Below are positions 29,910 through 38,741 of a stretch of 64,000 nucleotides of DNA, piece by piece. Made by a program: the position numbers and the translations under genes. This DNA is from a virus (taxonomy: Duplodnaviria; Caudoviricetes): positions 125,230 to 189,229 of IMG/VR virus record IMGVR_UViG_3300049009_000874. One strand, given 5' to 3'. Each line of letters opens with the position of its first letter. Position 1 is the first letter of the stretch. The notes below the pieces were generated by a model, which did not search any database, was not told the DNA's origin, and was given only the letters and a program-made list of their open reading frames with translations.

Positions 29910-30374
29910 ATGTACTACAGCAACCAGAAGAGGAAATTGTCTGACGAGGAGTGGATGGAGAGCGTCACCGGTCAAATCGGTTTGAAAGTCAACGAGGGAT
30001 ACGGCGAAGACGCAATGGATGCAAAAATGTATTTCCACGACAAATTGAAAGAGGTACTCGCCCAAGCAGCGGGCGCGTTCGAATTACAAGGAAAACATGA
30101 CGCCAACGAATTGAATCCCGTCAATGAGTTTCTGGGAAAACTCATCACAATTCTGCCAGCCAACGCAGGCTCTATTAAGGGTGGTATAGGAAAATTAAGG
30201 AAGGAAATTTTCGACAAATTAAAAGAACAGCAACAACCACAGCAACCACAGCAACCACAGCAACAACAGCAACAACAGCAACAACAAGCCAATGGTCAAA
30301 TGGATACGCCGCCTCCGCTGCCGGCAGGATACGGTCAAGCGGCGCCTGGAAAGTGGTCGCCAAATTATAGATGA
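29910..30374 (+). CDS. Second-tag protein with poly-Gln tract
   Basis: First 19 aa identical to the previous gene; CAA/CAG repeats near 30228-30287. Confidence 0.75.
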   Translation: MYYSNQKRKLSDEEWMESVTGQIGLKVNEGYGEDAMDAKMYFHDKLKEVLAQAAGAFELQGKHDANELNPVNEFLGKLITILPANAGSIKGGIGKLRKEIFDKLKEQQQPQQPQQPQQQQQQQQQQANGQMDTPPPLPAGYGQAAPGKWSPNYR

Positions 30375-30430
30375 CAGTGACAATGCAGATATGGACTAAC
30401 TGATTGACATTAACATTTAGAAGGATGAAC

Positions 30431-31087
30431 ATGAGTTACTTGTTAGCCAATATTCCGCCGATAGAGGTTTTCGTGAGAAAAGAGTTCTTGTACGATTTCC
30501 AAAAAGACAAAAACAATGAACTTCTTGGCAAGGGAGAATATGAGTCTGCCCATTGGATAACCACAAAATCAATTCCGAATCAGGCTTTGTATTTCGAATC
30601 ATTCATGCACGACTATGGCGCTTTGTTCGACAAACTGCCAATTCACGCCTTTGTTTGGAAAACAGATATTCCCGAAAAGACATACCCTCTGGATTGGCTG
30701 CAGCTGTGGGACTGTTTTTCTTATAATATATCTGTCATCAAAAAACAACGATTGAGAAACGCCCGATGCGAGGTGTTGATGAAAGACAAGTCCAGAGCGC
30801 CGGGATACTACATGTTCACCATAGATTCGTGTTCCTCAAACCCGGATGAAGTTGACGTGTCTTGGTCAGAAACGCCGAACGAACACAAGTCATTTAACAT
30901 AATCAAATTGGACAACGGTCAATTCGCGGCTCAACCCAACAACAGGATATTGTGGAAACACCAGTCGCAAACACCGTCGACCGATTTGAAAGTCCCATAT
31001 TTTAAATTTTCAACCAAAACGTGGATATGTGAAAACCAAGACAGGTGGTCGGCATCCGAAGCCACAAAATTTAATTATGAATCGTAG
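30431..31087 (+). CDS. Conserved phage hypothetical protein
   Basis: YLLANIP..EVFVRKEFLYD, LQLWDCFSY and EHK...LDNGQFAAQPNNR pattern, recalled from phage genomes. Confidence 0.75.
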   Translation: MSYLLANIPPIEVFVRKEFLYDFQKDKNNELLGKGEYESAHWITTKSIPNQALYFESFMHDYGALFDKLPIHAFVWKTDIPEKTYPLDWLQLWDCFSYNISVIKKQRLRNARCEVLMKDKSRAPGYYMFTIDSCSSNPDEVDVSWSETPNEHKSFNIIKLDNGQFAAQPNNRILWKHQSQTPSTDLKVPYFKFSTKTWICENQDRWSASEATKFNYES

Positions 31088-31138
31088 AAAATACCTAGTT
31101 TCAAACCTGGACATCCTTTGTTTGGAGATAGACGTGTT

Positions 31139-31519
31139 ATGTTTTGTATCGAAACCTACTTGAAAAAAACAGAAGATCGAGGGATTGGTGTTTTTTCGAA
31201 AAACCTTGTTGAAAAAGGAACTGTTATTTGGCAGTTCAAGGAAGGATTTGATTTGAAAGTCCATAAGGACAAACTGCTTGATTTAAATGGCGTACAAAAA
31301 GAATTTGTCGACAAACACTTTTACAGGCATGATGACTACTACTACTCGTCTTGTGATCATTCGATTTTTCAAAATCATAGCAACACACCCAATTCGGTCG
31401 ATTTGGACACAGATAAAATGGTAGCAGCCAGAGATATATTGCCCGATGAAGAAATACTTGTGAACTACAGTGATTTCGATGAAGATTTCAAATCATATGA
31501 GAACACGCTTTTCAATTAG
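31139..31519 (+). CDS. SET-domain protein methyltransferase
   Basis: GIGVF, NHSNTPN and AARDI..DEEI.VNY. Confidence 0.88.
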   Translation: MFCIETYLKKTEDRGIGVFSKNLVEKGTVIWQFKEGFDLKVHKDKLLDLNGVQKEFVDKHFYRHDDYYYSSCDHSIFQNHSNTPNSVDLDTDKMVAARDILPDEEILVNYSDFDEDFKSYENTLFN

Positions 31520-31565
31520 ATGTGGCTCATCGTTGAATGGTCAAAACCTGAAGACACGGGTCCGT

Positions 31566-32018
31566 TTAGGTCTTGACCATGTACACGGAATCCGAGCCGT
31601 GATGGTCTACGGTCTTCTGGCTTTGGAAACCGAATTTCTTCCAGAAACCCTCGGATACGAGACTGGACACCAGAACCTTCGGATTCGACTTTATTCTCAA
31701 GACCGCATCAGCCAAAGCAATCCCGTGACCCTTCCCGCGATGCATCTTCTCAACGCAAAGATCGTGGATGTAGTGGCAGTCTGGATCTTCGACCTTCCTG
31801 TAATTCTCGTTTATGGGGAAATATTCCCACAAGGTGTAGGGGAAAGAAATGACGTAACCCACCACTTCCTTGTCGATCTCGCACACGAAACACCCTTCCG
31901 GGTATCCCAGTATCTTGGATCGAAAGGATTCGCTTCCCTCGTAGTGGTCGGCGGGATAGCTGCTTGTTCCGATCTGGTCGATGAAATCGAAATCTTCTGG
32001 TTTTGCGTGTCTTATCAT
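31566..32018 (-). CDS. GNAT acetyltransferase
   Basis: MIRHA..ED, YIHDLCV...HRGKGHG and FWKKFGF. Confidence 0.9.
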   Translation of the reverse strand: MIRHAKPEDFDFIDQIGTSSYPADHYEGSESFRSKILGYPEGCFVCEIDKEVVGYVISFPYTLWEYFPINENYRKVEDPDCHYIHDLCVEKMHRGKGHGIALADAVLRIKSNPKVLVSSLVSEGFWKKFGFQSQKTVDHHGSDSVYMVKT

Positions 32019-32131
32019 GAATTCATCATAGTAATGTGGTCAGAAAACCCTACTTTTGTCCACAAAAATTTTTAAAAATTAATATATATGAAGACGACAA
32101 AAAATTTATAAAAAAAAACTAAGGAGTTGTC

Positions 32132-32992
32132 ATGGCAGATTTTAATGTAGATTTAAGTCCAAATTTGGTGAACTTAGGAACTGAAGGAAGCTTGGACACT
32201 AGCGTTCAAAACGGCAACTCTCTTCAGAGAAAGTTGACTGGTGTAATGGTTGAATTTTGTGGTAATAGAAAAATAGTTGGTCGCATTGACGATGGAGGAC
32301 AGTTCAACGAAACTATTGAGAGAGTAAAAGACTATGCAGGAATTACCAAGACCATTGGTGATAACTACATATTCGTCAATAACAACTTTGTTGACTACAA
32401 TGAAGGGGGAACCAGTACTTCCGATGAAGCAAACAATTTGATTGCCATGTTTGATGAATCTGGAATTGTCTACAAAAAATTCACAGACATTGATGGCAGA
32501 ACATTTTCATCTCTTGACAACATGGATAAGCTCATTATTCCAGAACTAGATGAAGGCGATCTTCTTCCATCATTGACCTCTGATGCTAGAAATGCAATCA
32601 CCGATTTTGTCGATGGTGGCGGAACTCTCATCATGTTTGAACCAGATAGTGGCGATGTATTAAATGTCTTGAATGAGCTATTCGGGTGGGAGCTTGAAAC
32701 AAATGGAGTGTCTGAGCCTATTGATATTACTGAGGCTGGAGCCATTCTTTTCCCAGATGAAAGTTCTGACCTTCCTGATTTGAGTGCTACTGATTCACTT
32801 GACACAACTACCCTTCCAGTTAATTCTGTAAGCATCTATACTGGCGATGGATCTAATCAAACAGTTGTAGCCAAGATGCCATATGGTGATGGCTTTGTTT
32901 ATGTTCTTGGTTGGGATTGGTATAACGCACAGCCTGTTGGTGACGAAGATGGCGGCTGGAATCACCTTCTGAGATCTATTTTAAATTCTTAA
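32132..32992 (+). CDS. Acidic protein with class I glutamine amidotransferase-like (Rossmann) domain, possibly virion-associated
   Basis: LIIPE, ITDFVDGGGTLI and YGDGFVYVLGWD; AT-rich codon usage. Confidence 0.6.
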   Translation: MADFNVDLSPNLVNLGTEGSLDTSVQNGNSLQRKLTGVMVEFCGNRKIVGRIDDGGQFNETIERVKDYAGITKTIGDNYIFVNNNFVDYNEGGTSTSDEANNLIAMFDESGIVYKKFTDIDGRTFSSLDNMDKLIIPELDEGDLLPSLTSDARNAITDFVDGGGTLIMFEPDSGDVLNVLNELFGWELETNGVSEPIDITEAGAILFPDESSDLPDLSATDSLDTTTLPVNSVSIYTGDGSNQTVVAKMPYGDGFVYVLGWDWYNAQPVGDEDGGWNHLLRSILNS

Positions 32993-33007
32993 TTCAAGGA
33001 GAAAACA

Positions 33008-33184
33008 ATGTTTACACTAGATGTACCAACCAGCAAGGTTGATCAATTTGATGTTCTTTTAGACGATATCAATGTCACTTACAGGGTATCTGGCAAAAAT
33101 GAAGACGGATCTATCACAAAACTCAGCTTCAAGAAACAAGCCTTGCTTGAAAAGGCTACTGAAGAACTGAAAAAACTTTCTTAG
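33008..33184 (+). CDS. Small hypothetical protein (58 aa, absent from ORF track)
   Basis: AGGAG RBS; MFTLDVPTSKVDQF...EELKKLS, followed by a terminator. Confidence 0.65.
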   Translation: MFTLDVPTSKVDQFDVLLDDINVTYRVSGKNEDGSITKLSFKKQALLEKATEELKKLS

Positions 33185-33193
33185 TCAATTATC

Positions 33194-33230
33194 AAAAGTC
33201 TTGAATGTCTATTAGCATTCAAGACTTTTT
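33194..33230. terminator. Bidirectional rho-independent terminator
   Basis: aaaagtcttgaatg...cattcaagacttttt. Confidence 0.85.
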
Positions 33231-33232
33231 CA

Positions 33233-33301
33233 TTATTTCACCATATAAACCGCATTCAAACCATGGTAATCAAAATCTTCTGGTTTTGCGTGTCTAATCA
33301 T
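33233..33301 (-). pseudogene. Internally deleted copy of the GNAT gene
   Basis: Encodes MIRHAKPEDFDYHGLNAVYMVK, i.e. the GNAT N-terminus (MIRHAKPEDFD) joined to its C-terminus (HHGSDSVYMVK). Confidence 0.8.
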
Positions 33302-33333
33302 AAATTTATTATAGCTTGTTTATATATATTGAT

Positions 33334-33660
33334 ATGCAAAACTTTAAAGAATGGCTAAACAATCGTGATCCAGAAATGTTGAATGAAAGCAAAAAACCAT
33401 TTAAAAACTTTGATAAAAAAAAGAACCATCCAGAAGGTGGGCTTAAACCATCTTATGCCAAAAAATTAGGCATTCGTGCGGGTATTGAAACTAAGCGTGA
33501 AGCCGAAAAAAAAGGTGGCGTTCATAAAATGTCCGATAAAACAAAGGCAAGAAGAAAATCATTCTGTGCCAGAATGTGTAAAGCAGGAACAGCCAAAAGC
33601 AGAAATGATCCCAAAAGCAAACAAAGAGCAGCTTTAAGGGTTTGGAAATGTAGATGCTAA
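33334..33660 (+). CDS. Basic tagged phage protein (DUF6321-like)
   Basis: MQNFKEWLNNRDPEMLNES; RRKSFCARM...ALRVWKC. Confidence 0.7.
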   Translation: MQNFKEWLNNRDPEMLNESKKPFKNFDKKKNHPEGGLKPSYAKKLGIRAGIETKREAEKKGGVHKMSDKTKARRKSFCARMCKAGTAKSRNDPKSKQRAALRVWKCRC

Positions 33661-34130
33661 CACAATTAAAATGCAGTCATTGCAAAAATCTTAAAGATTC
33701 TAAATGCTTCCCTTTAAATTCTAAAAAAAATAATGGTTTCGATTCGTGGTGCAAAGAATGCAGAAAACAAAGCAAATATACAAGATGTTCTACTATTGAT
33801 GGTTTTTTAAATGATATGGGAAGATGGAGAAAAAATTGCAGATATCAAAGAAAATTTGATATTCAATACGAACTTACATTTGAACAAAAGAAAGAACTAT
33901 GGGATAAACAAAAAGGTTTGTGTGCTTTGACTGGATTGCCTATGACGCACAGCAGAGGAAACGGAAGAATACAAACAAATGCTTCTATAGATAGAATAGA
34001 TTCTAGTATTGGATATGAAATTTTTAATGTGCAATTAGTTATGTGGTGTGTCAATAGAGCAAAAGGGGAAATGCAACTTAATGAATTTGTCGCTATGTGT
34101 AAAGCAGTTGTAAAAAATCAAAAATGCTAA
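33654..34130 (+). CDS. His-Me finger homing endonuclease-like protein
   Basis: CxxC...CKEC zinc ribbon; CALTG...SIDRIDS..GY...NV.LV...N..K. Very AT-rich. Confidence 0.8.
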   Translation: MLTQLKCSHCKNLKDSKCFPLNSKKNNGFDSWCKECRKQSKYTRCSTIDGFLNDMGRWRKNCRYQRKFDIQYELTFEQKKELWDKQKGLCALTGLPMTHSRGNGRIQTNASIDRIDSSIGYEIFNVQLVMWCVNRAKGEMQLNEFVAMCKAVVKNQKC

Positions 34131-34705
34131 CTTTTGTAGGCGTAAACAGTTAAATCATTCGGCAAGTAATCGTCCCTTATCACATATTTCCCAGTTACCG
34201 ATCGCATCAGAAGTGACACGTCGCCCGCCGTGCAGTGCCTCATGTCGACATCTTTGTTCTCGCAAGAATCGGAAAGCAAGTTGAACGCCATTCCCTTCTT
34301 GCAGAGCGAGAACATCCTCTCGACCGTCTTCCGCGTCGTCTCCTCCCAATTGTCCTTCAACGCGAAAGCCCCAGACGCGAAACACCAGTCGAATTCCCCC
34401 TCGGTTTCGAACACCGATTGATTCAGGAAATTACTTTGAAACAAGCCCTTCCATTTGTCTTCATATTTTTGTCTAGCGGTAATGATGGCGGAATTCCTCA
34501 AGTCGATTCCAAGGTAATCGTCGAAATGATGGCTCAAGTCGCCGTGACCGCAACCGACATCCAGGACGCTATCCGTAATTTCCAACCCGGATATCTCCAT
34601 CAATACCCTGAACCTTACTTTCTGGGTGTGTTCGCTGCCCCATCCCAGCGACCTTACGCCGGTCTCTTTGCCGAACTTTTCTTGGTATGTTTTTTCCAAA
34701 TCCAC
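34127..34705 (-). CDS. Class I SAM-dependent methyltransferase
   Basis: SLGWGS..TQ..RF, SVLDVGCGHG and YLGID. Probable GTG start after GGGGA. Confidence 0.85.
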   Translation of the reverse strand: MDLEKTYQEKFGKETGVRSLGWGSEHTQKVRFRVLMEISGLEITDSVLDVGCGHGDLSHHFDDYLGIDLRNSAIITARQKYEDKWKGLFQSNFLNQSVFETEGEFDWCFASGAFALKDNWEETTRKTVERMFSLCKKGMAFNLLSDSCENKDVDMRHCTAGDVSLLMRSVTGKYVIRDDYLPNDLTVYAYKS

Positions 34706-34726
34706 TATGTTTCCCCATGAATCATG

Positions 34727-34761
34727 ACGAACTACTAATTTAAAAAAAATTAGTAGTTCGT
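34727..34761. repeat. 14-bp perfect inverted repeat
   Basis: acgaactactaatt-taaaaaa-aattagtagttcgt. Confidence 0.8.
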
Positions 34762-34840
34762 TAGCAGTTCGTCTCATTATATGATTGGGGCAAGTACCCC
34801 AGCGGGAGGTCGAAGCATTGTAAGCGAAAAACAATTTTTC

Positions 34841-36409
34841 TCACAGCAATATCGTCCTGCCAGACGAAGGGTTGATCTCGACGACCATTTCTTCGTCAAT
34901 TTTGCCGATCGCGTAATTGTTGTTTATTATTTTATCAATTACGAACGAGCCGCTTTTCAATTGGATCTTCTCGAAATACTTGTTTTCCTCTGGCAACTTG
35001 TCAATTATGTTTTTGTTTTTTTCATGCCACTGTATGAATTTTCTGTAGCTGACAAAATTGCTTATTCCGAATTTGAATTCGATTTCGTAACCTTCCCAAC
35101 TCGCGTTTATTTCCTTCAATATGTGTTTTTTGCACATCATGAACCTATCGGAGATGGAAGGCATTTGCATTTTTTCGTTTTCGCACGTGAGTTCCGTGGC
35201 TTTACTCCTTCGCCAACAGACAATCGCCAAATTGTCATTTGAGAAGAAATCATCCATATGCTTTCCCCAGTCTCCCTCTGCGATTTTCACCGTGTCATCT
35301 AGGAACGCGTAAGATTCGCTTTTGCACATCAACGCAAGTTGGTCTTTTATTATCGATGATTTCGTTCTGTTGGACGTCCGAATGAAAGAGATCGGTGTGG
35401 TTGAGCAATTTTTTTTGATTTCTTGTGCGATTTCCTGTTTTCGGTTCAACACATCGTCATCATTCCCGTGAATTCCGATGATTATTTCCCCCAGATATTC
35501 GTTTGGGAAATTTTTCAAGACAGAAGCGACGCAAGTTTCAAAATCACACGAGGATGACAGATAAGATGATTCGATCAAAAACGATACCTTTCTTCGGCTT
35601 GAAGTTCTCTTTTCGCATTCGCCGATGGAAAGTAGGGTCTCAATCTTGCCAGACACGTTTTCCAAGCTTTGAATTGGCTTGAATTGTTCTTCGTAAACAT
35701 CCCAATATTCTTTCCAAGAGCCAAGCCAATGGCAATCCCACATCCAATCGAGGAACGAAGTCCAATGCTGATAATCAGAAGAATCTATGTTGGCTCCATG
35801 GGCTAATTCGAATCTGTATCCCAATTTTATCACTTGCTCAAGTATGTTGCTTCCTTCGTGCCACTCGAATGCAAATCCGCAATTTTCCTTGTGTGTTTCT
35901 GGATCTGGCAGCTCGAGCTTGTCGGTTATTTCTCTTTTCGTGGCATAGGCTAAGGTTCTCACGTGTGACGGATAAGTACCTTGTTTTGGTTCGTAGCATT
36001 GGGCTACGAGACCGACATCTGGCTTCGCAATCTTCTCGACGAAAGGACGGAGGAACGTCCTCCTCATCGGCAACATATCGTCGGCAAACCAGAAAAGGTG
36101 TTCCCAGTTCGGAAGATCCGTGAGATTCCTCAGAACCATCACGAGCGGTCCGAAATCTCTTAATATGCTGTTGTGGGCTGGGATGTAATACGTCGGCTTG
36201 TATTGAAGGATGTTTTCCATCTCGTCCTGTTGCGGCTTGTCGCCTTCGAACGTGTGGATCACAGCCAGCTTGACGCCATAATGCTCCGCGTTGTTCCAGG
36301 CTCTCAGCCATTTGGACACGAATTCCTTGCGGTTGTACGTGACGACGACGGCAAGCTTCTCGCATGGACCTTGTGGTATTATGGCAAGCTCTTTGATGTA
36401 CGTGAACAT
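34841..36409 (-). CDS. Two-domain glycosyltransferase-like protein
   Basis: VVVTYNR and FWFADD; second degenerate GT2 domain (CVASVL, EIIIG, AFLDD). Confidence 0.65.
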   Translation of the reverse strand: MFTYIKELAIIPQGPCEKLAVVVTYNRKEFVSKWLRAWNNAEHYGVKLAVIHTFEGDKPQQDEMENILQYKPTYYIPAHNSILRDFGPLVMVLRNLTDLPNWEHLFWFADDMLPMRRTFLRPFVEKIAKPDVGLVAQCYEPKQGTYPSHVRTLAYATKREITDKLELPDPETHKENCGFAFEWHEGSNILEQVIKLGYRFELAHGANIDSSDYQHWTSFLDWMWDCHWLGSWKEYWDVYEEQFKPIQSLENVSGKIETLLSIGECEKRTSSRRKVSFLIESSYLSSSCDFETCVASVLKNFPNEYLGEIIIGIHGNDDDVLNRKQEIAQEIKKNCSTTPISFIRTSNRTKSSIIKDQLALMCKSESYAFLDDTVKIAEGDWGKHMDDFFSNDNLAIVCWRRSKATELTCENEKMQMPSISDRFMMCKKHILKEINASWEGYEIEFKFGISNFVSYRKFIQWHEKNKNIIDKLPEENKYFEKIQLKSGSFVIDKIINNNYAIGKIDEEMVVEINPSSGRTILL

Positions 36410-36491
36410 ATTTCTCTCAATTTTTGTTGTGTTTTCATAGAGTTATATTCACTGAATTTTCATATGCTTCTTCAATTCGCCTATGTGTTCT

Positions 36492-36528
36492 CGCCAGCGT
36501 CTTTGGGAACGAAGGCGTCGGTGGTCGA
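36492..36528. repeat. 37-bp direct repeat, copy A (copy B at 37474-37510)
   Basis: cgccagcgtctttggg(a/c)acgaaggcgtcggtggtcga, one mismatch. Confidence 0.9.
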
Positions 36529-36588
36529 ATAGAGTGCGATACCGGATTCTTTAAAGCTTTCTCAAATGCTATAATCCTACTGAAAATA

Positions 36589-37416
36589 CTAAGCGATCTT
36601 ATCGTTACCGCCACGATATGCAATTTTTTCAGTTGATCCCCACATGTTATATCCAAACCGTTCTGGGGTTATATTTTCAATTATTTTTCTCATGTATTTT
36701 GGGTGTTTGTCAATGGGAAGATGAATATGTGGGTGTGATAATCTACCAAGCTGTTGTCTCATAAAAACTTTAAGAGCTGCTTCTTCGCTCTCGTATCCCC
36801 AATTCTTGTCTGGCCAAAACATGTTGCAAGCTTTTGCCATCCTATGCAGTTCTCTGGACGCAACATCTTTTGTCTTGAAGCAATAATCATAATTATAAAA
36901 AGATATGTTTGATTTCAATGATTTTTCAATTGTTTTCCCCATATAGCTTGGCTGGCACAAATCCCCCCCGCTGTCGAATTTGATTTCCCCTCCATATTTT
37001 TCTCTGTTTACAGCGAGTACCATTTTAGACTTTTGTCTACACCTGTCAACCAACAGGAACTGAAGCTTATGGAACGTTATGGATAGCTCGTTTTTGTTTT
37101 TTTCTATAAAGCAACGCAATTGATCCATTGTATTCTCATGGAATATGAAATCGAGGTCGGCATGAATAACCCAATCGCCAGTACATGCTTGCCAAGCTCG
37201 GTTGAACTGTTGCCCTATGAATGGCCAGTTGAAATCCCAAGGCCACTCATGGTGGAGATGAACCACCTTTCCATTATATGTATCTTCGTCAAGTGGTTTA
37301 CATCCCCACATTACAACAACTTCATCGGCTAGGTCAACATAGCTGCTGAGAGCTTCTCTATATGGGTCTTGCCTTTCGAGGAAATTACTTGCGGTTGTAA
37401 AAATGCTAAGTTTCAT
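36589..37416 (-). CDS. GT2-family glycosyltransferase
   Basis: ADEVVV and CTGDWVIHADLD; AT-rich. Confidence 0.8.
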   Translation of the reverse strand: MKLSIFTTASNFLERQDPYREALSSYVDLADEVVVMWGCKPLDEDTYNGKVVHLHHEWPWDFNWPFIGQQFNRAWQACTGDWVIHADLDFIFHENTMDQLRCFIEKNKNELSITFHKLQFLLVDRCRQKSKMVLAVNREKYGGEIKFDSGGDLCQPSYMGKTIEKSLKSNISFYNYDYCFKTKDVASRELHRMAKACNMFWPDKNWGYESEEAALKVFMRQQLGRLSHPHIHLPIDKHPKYMRKIIENITPERFGYNMWGSTEKIAYRGGNDKIA

Positions 37417-37450
37417 GTGTCTCTCTATTATAATTTTAAGATTACTGGTA

Positions 37451-38731
37451 TCAAAAAGTTGCGGATGTCTCCGCGCCAGCGTCTTTGGGCACGAAGGCGT
37501 CGGTGGTCGAGCCGTCGAGCCTGGTTATGCCGCGCGAGTGCAGCAGCGTTTTCAGGTACGAATGCCATTCCTTCTGGTTGGGGTCTTCTATCTCGGGAAG
37601 GTTGTAGAACCCCACCATGCCCTCGACCAGCCCGTGCGGTATCGTCTTGGGGTCGACCAGACGACTCAACAGATTGCGCAGATCGATAAGCAACTCGAAG
37701 ACGATCTTCCTTTTGTCGTCGCACACCAGAATGTTCACTCCATCGACGCCCACGTTGGTCACCACCGCCGGCAAAACCCCCAAGTTGCTGGAGTATCCGA
37801 CCACCTTTCCGACAATCTGGGGCTTCATTGACATAGCCTTGCGCATCAATATCTTGACCGACTTGATCCTCTCGATGTTCTTCTCCTGTTCAAAAGTCGC
37901 CTTGCCCGACTTGACCAGGAGTCTACTGTCCCTGTCGACCATCTCGTCCCTCATGTATATGTTGTCGCCGACAGGCGTGAAACCGCCGAACGTCCTCATG
38001 AACCTGTCGTACATGATGTCCATGTAGGCGTGAGCCCCGGTGAATTCCAGACCCTCCACCTTCTCGGTCTCCAGCAGCTTCTTCACCGCAGCCAACACCT
38101 TACCGTATACGGCGGTGCCGCCGGACCCGCTGGACCCGGTCAGACCGTATCCGCCCCCCTTCGAGAACGAGACGCCCCATATGCCGTCGTATTCCTTGCC
38201 CTCTATTTCCCGTTCTTCCCTTTCGAAGGAAACATGGTACTCTTCGCCGCCGTACTCGAAAGTGTGCCCGTAAGCGGTCGCGCTGCTGACCCACGCCTCT
38301 TTTTTATCCGACACGCATCTTTCCACCTCGGACTTCACGGCTTCTCGACTCCTCTCCTCCATCTCCTGCTCCCAGATCTCGACCTCTTTCTTGTACCAGA
38401 AATCCACTCGCTTCCTCTCGTCCTTCCAGTCCGAATGTGCGTCTCTCCAGTCATCCTCGCTCTCGTAGGACTCGGACTCCGGCTCCGGGTTTTCCTCCTC
38501 CCAGGCTTCGACGTCGACGCCGGAGAAGTCCGGGTCGTCCTTGGCGTCCTCGTAGTGAGCCCCGTGGCTTTCGTAGTCGATAGTCCTAGGGTCGACCTGC
38601 TCCTCGCACTGACTCTTTGCCGTCGCGTAGTTGAAACTGGAGGAAGATGTCCTCTCGAGCTCCACCCCAGAACTGTCTATCTGCGACATGCTTGTCAGCT
38701 CGTCGATCCTCAGCCACTCTGTGAACCTCAT
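37451..38731 (-). CDS. Tandem array paralogue 9 (long acidic insert)
   Basis: MRFTEWLRIDELTSMSQIDSSGVEL; shared LTGxSGSGGTAVYGK core; DGST end. Confidence 0.9.
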   Translation of the reverse strand: MRFTEWLRIDELTSMSQIDSSGVELERTSSSSFNYATAKSQCEEQVDPRTIDYESHGAHYEDAKDDPDFSGVDVEAWEEENPEPESESYESEDDWRDAHSDWKDERKRVDFWYKKEVEIWEQEMEERSREAVKSEVERCVSDKKEAWVSSATAYGHTFEYGGEEYHVSFEREEREIEGKEYDGIWGVSFSKGGGYGLTGSSGSGGTAVYGKVLAAVKKLLETEKVEGLEFTGAHAYMDIMYDRFMRTFGGFTPVGDNIYMRDEMVDRDSRLLVKSGKATFEQEKNIERIKSVKILMRKAMSMKPQIVGKVVGYSSNLGVLPAVVTNVGVDGVNILVCDDKRKIVFELLIDLRNLLSRLVDPKTIPHGLVEGMVGFYNLPEIEDPNQKEWHSYLKTLLHSRGITRLDGSTTDAFVPKDAGAETSATF

Positions 38732-38741
38732 GCCGTCTCCT

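Noticed and set aside
29972-30292. Poly-Cys ORF
   Set aside because: It is the antisense reading of the CAA/CAG poly-Gln tract.
36435-36656. 73 aa ORF downstream of the GT2 gene
   Set aside because: It overlaps the GT2 end and crosses the duplicated 37-bp scar out of its original frame; no RBS.
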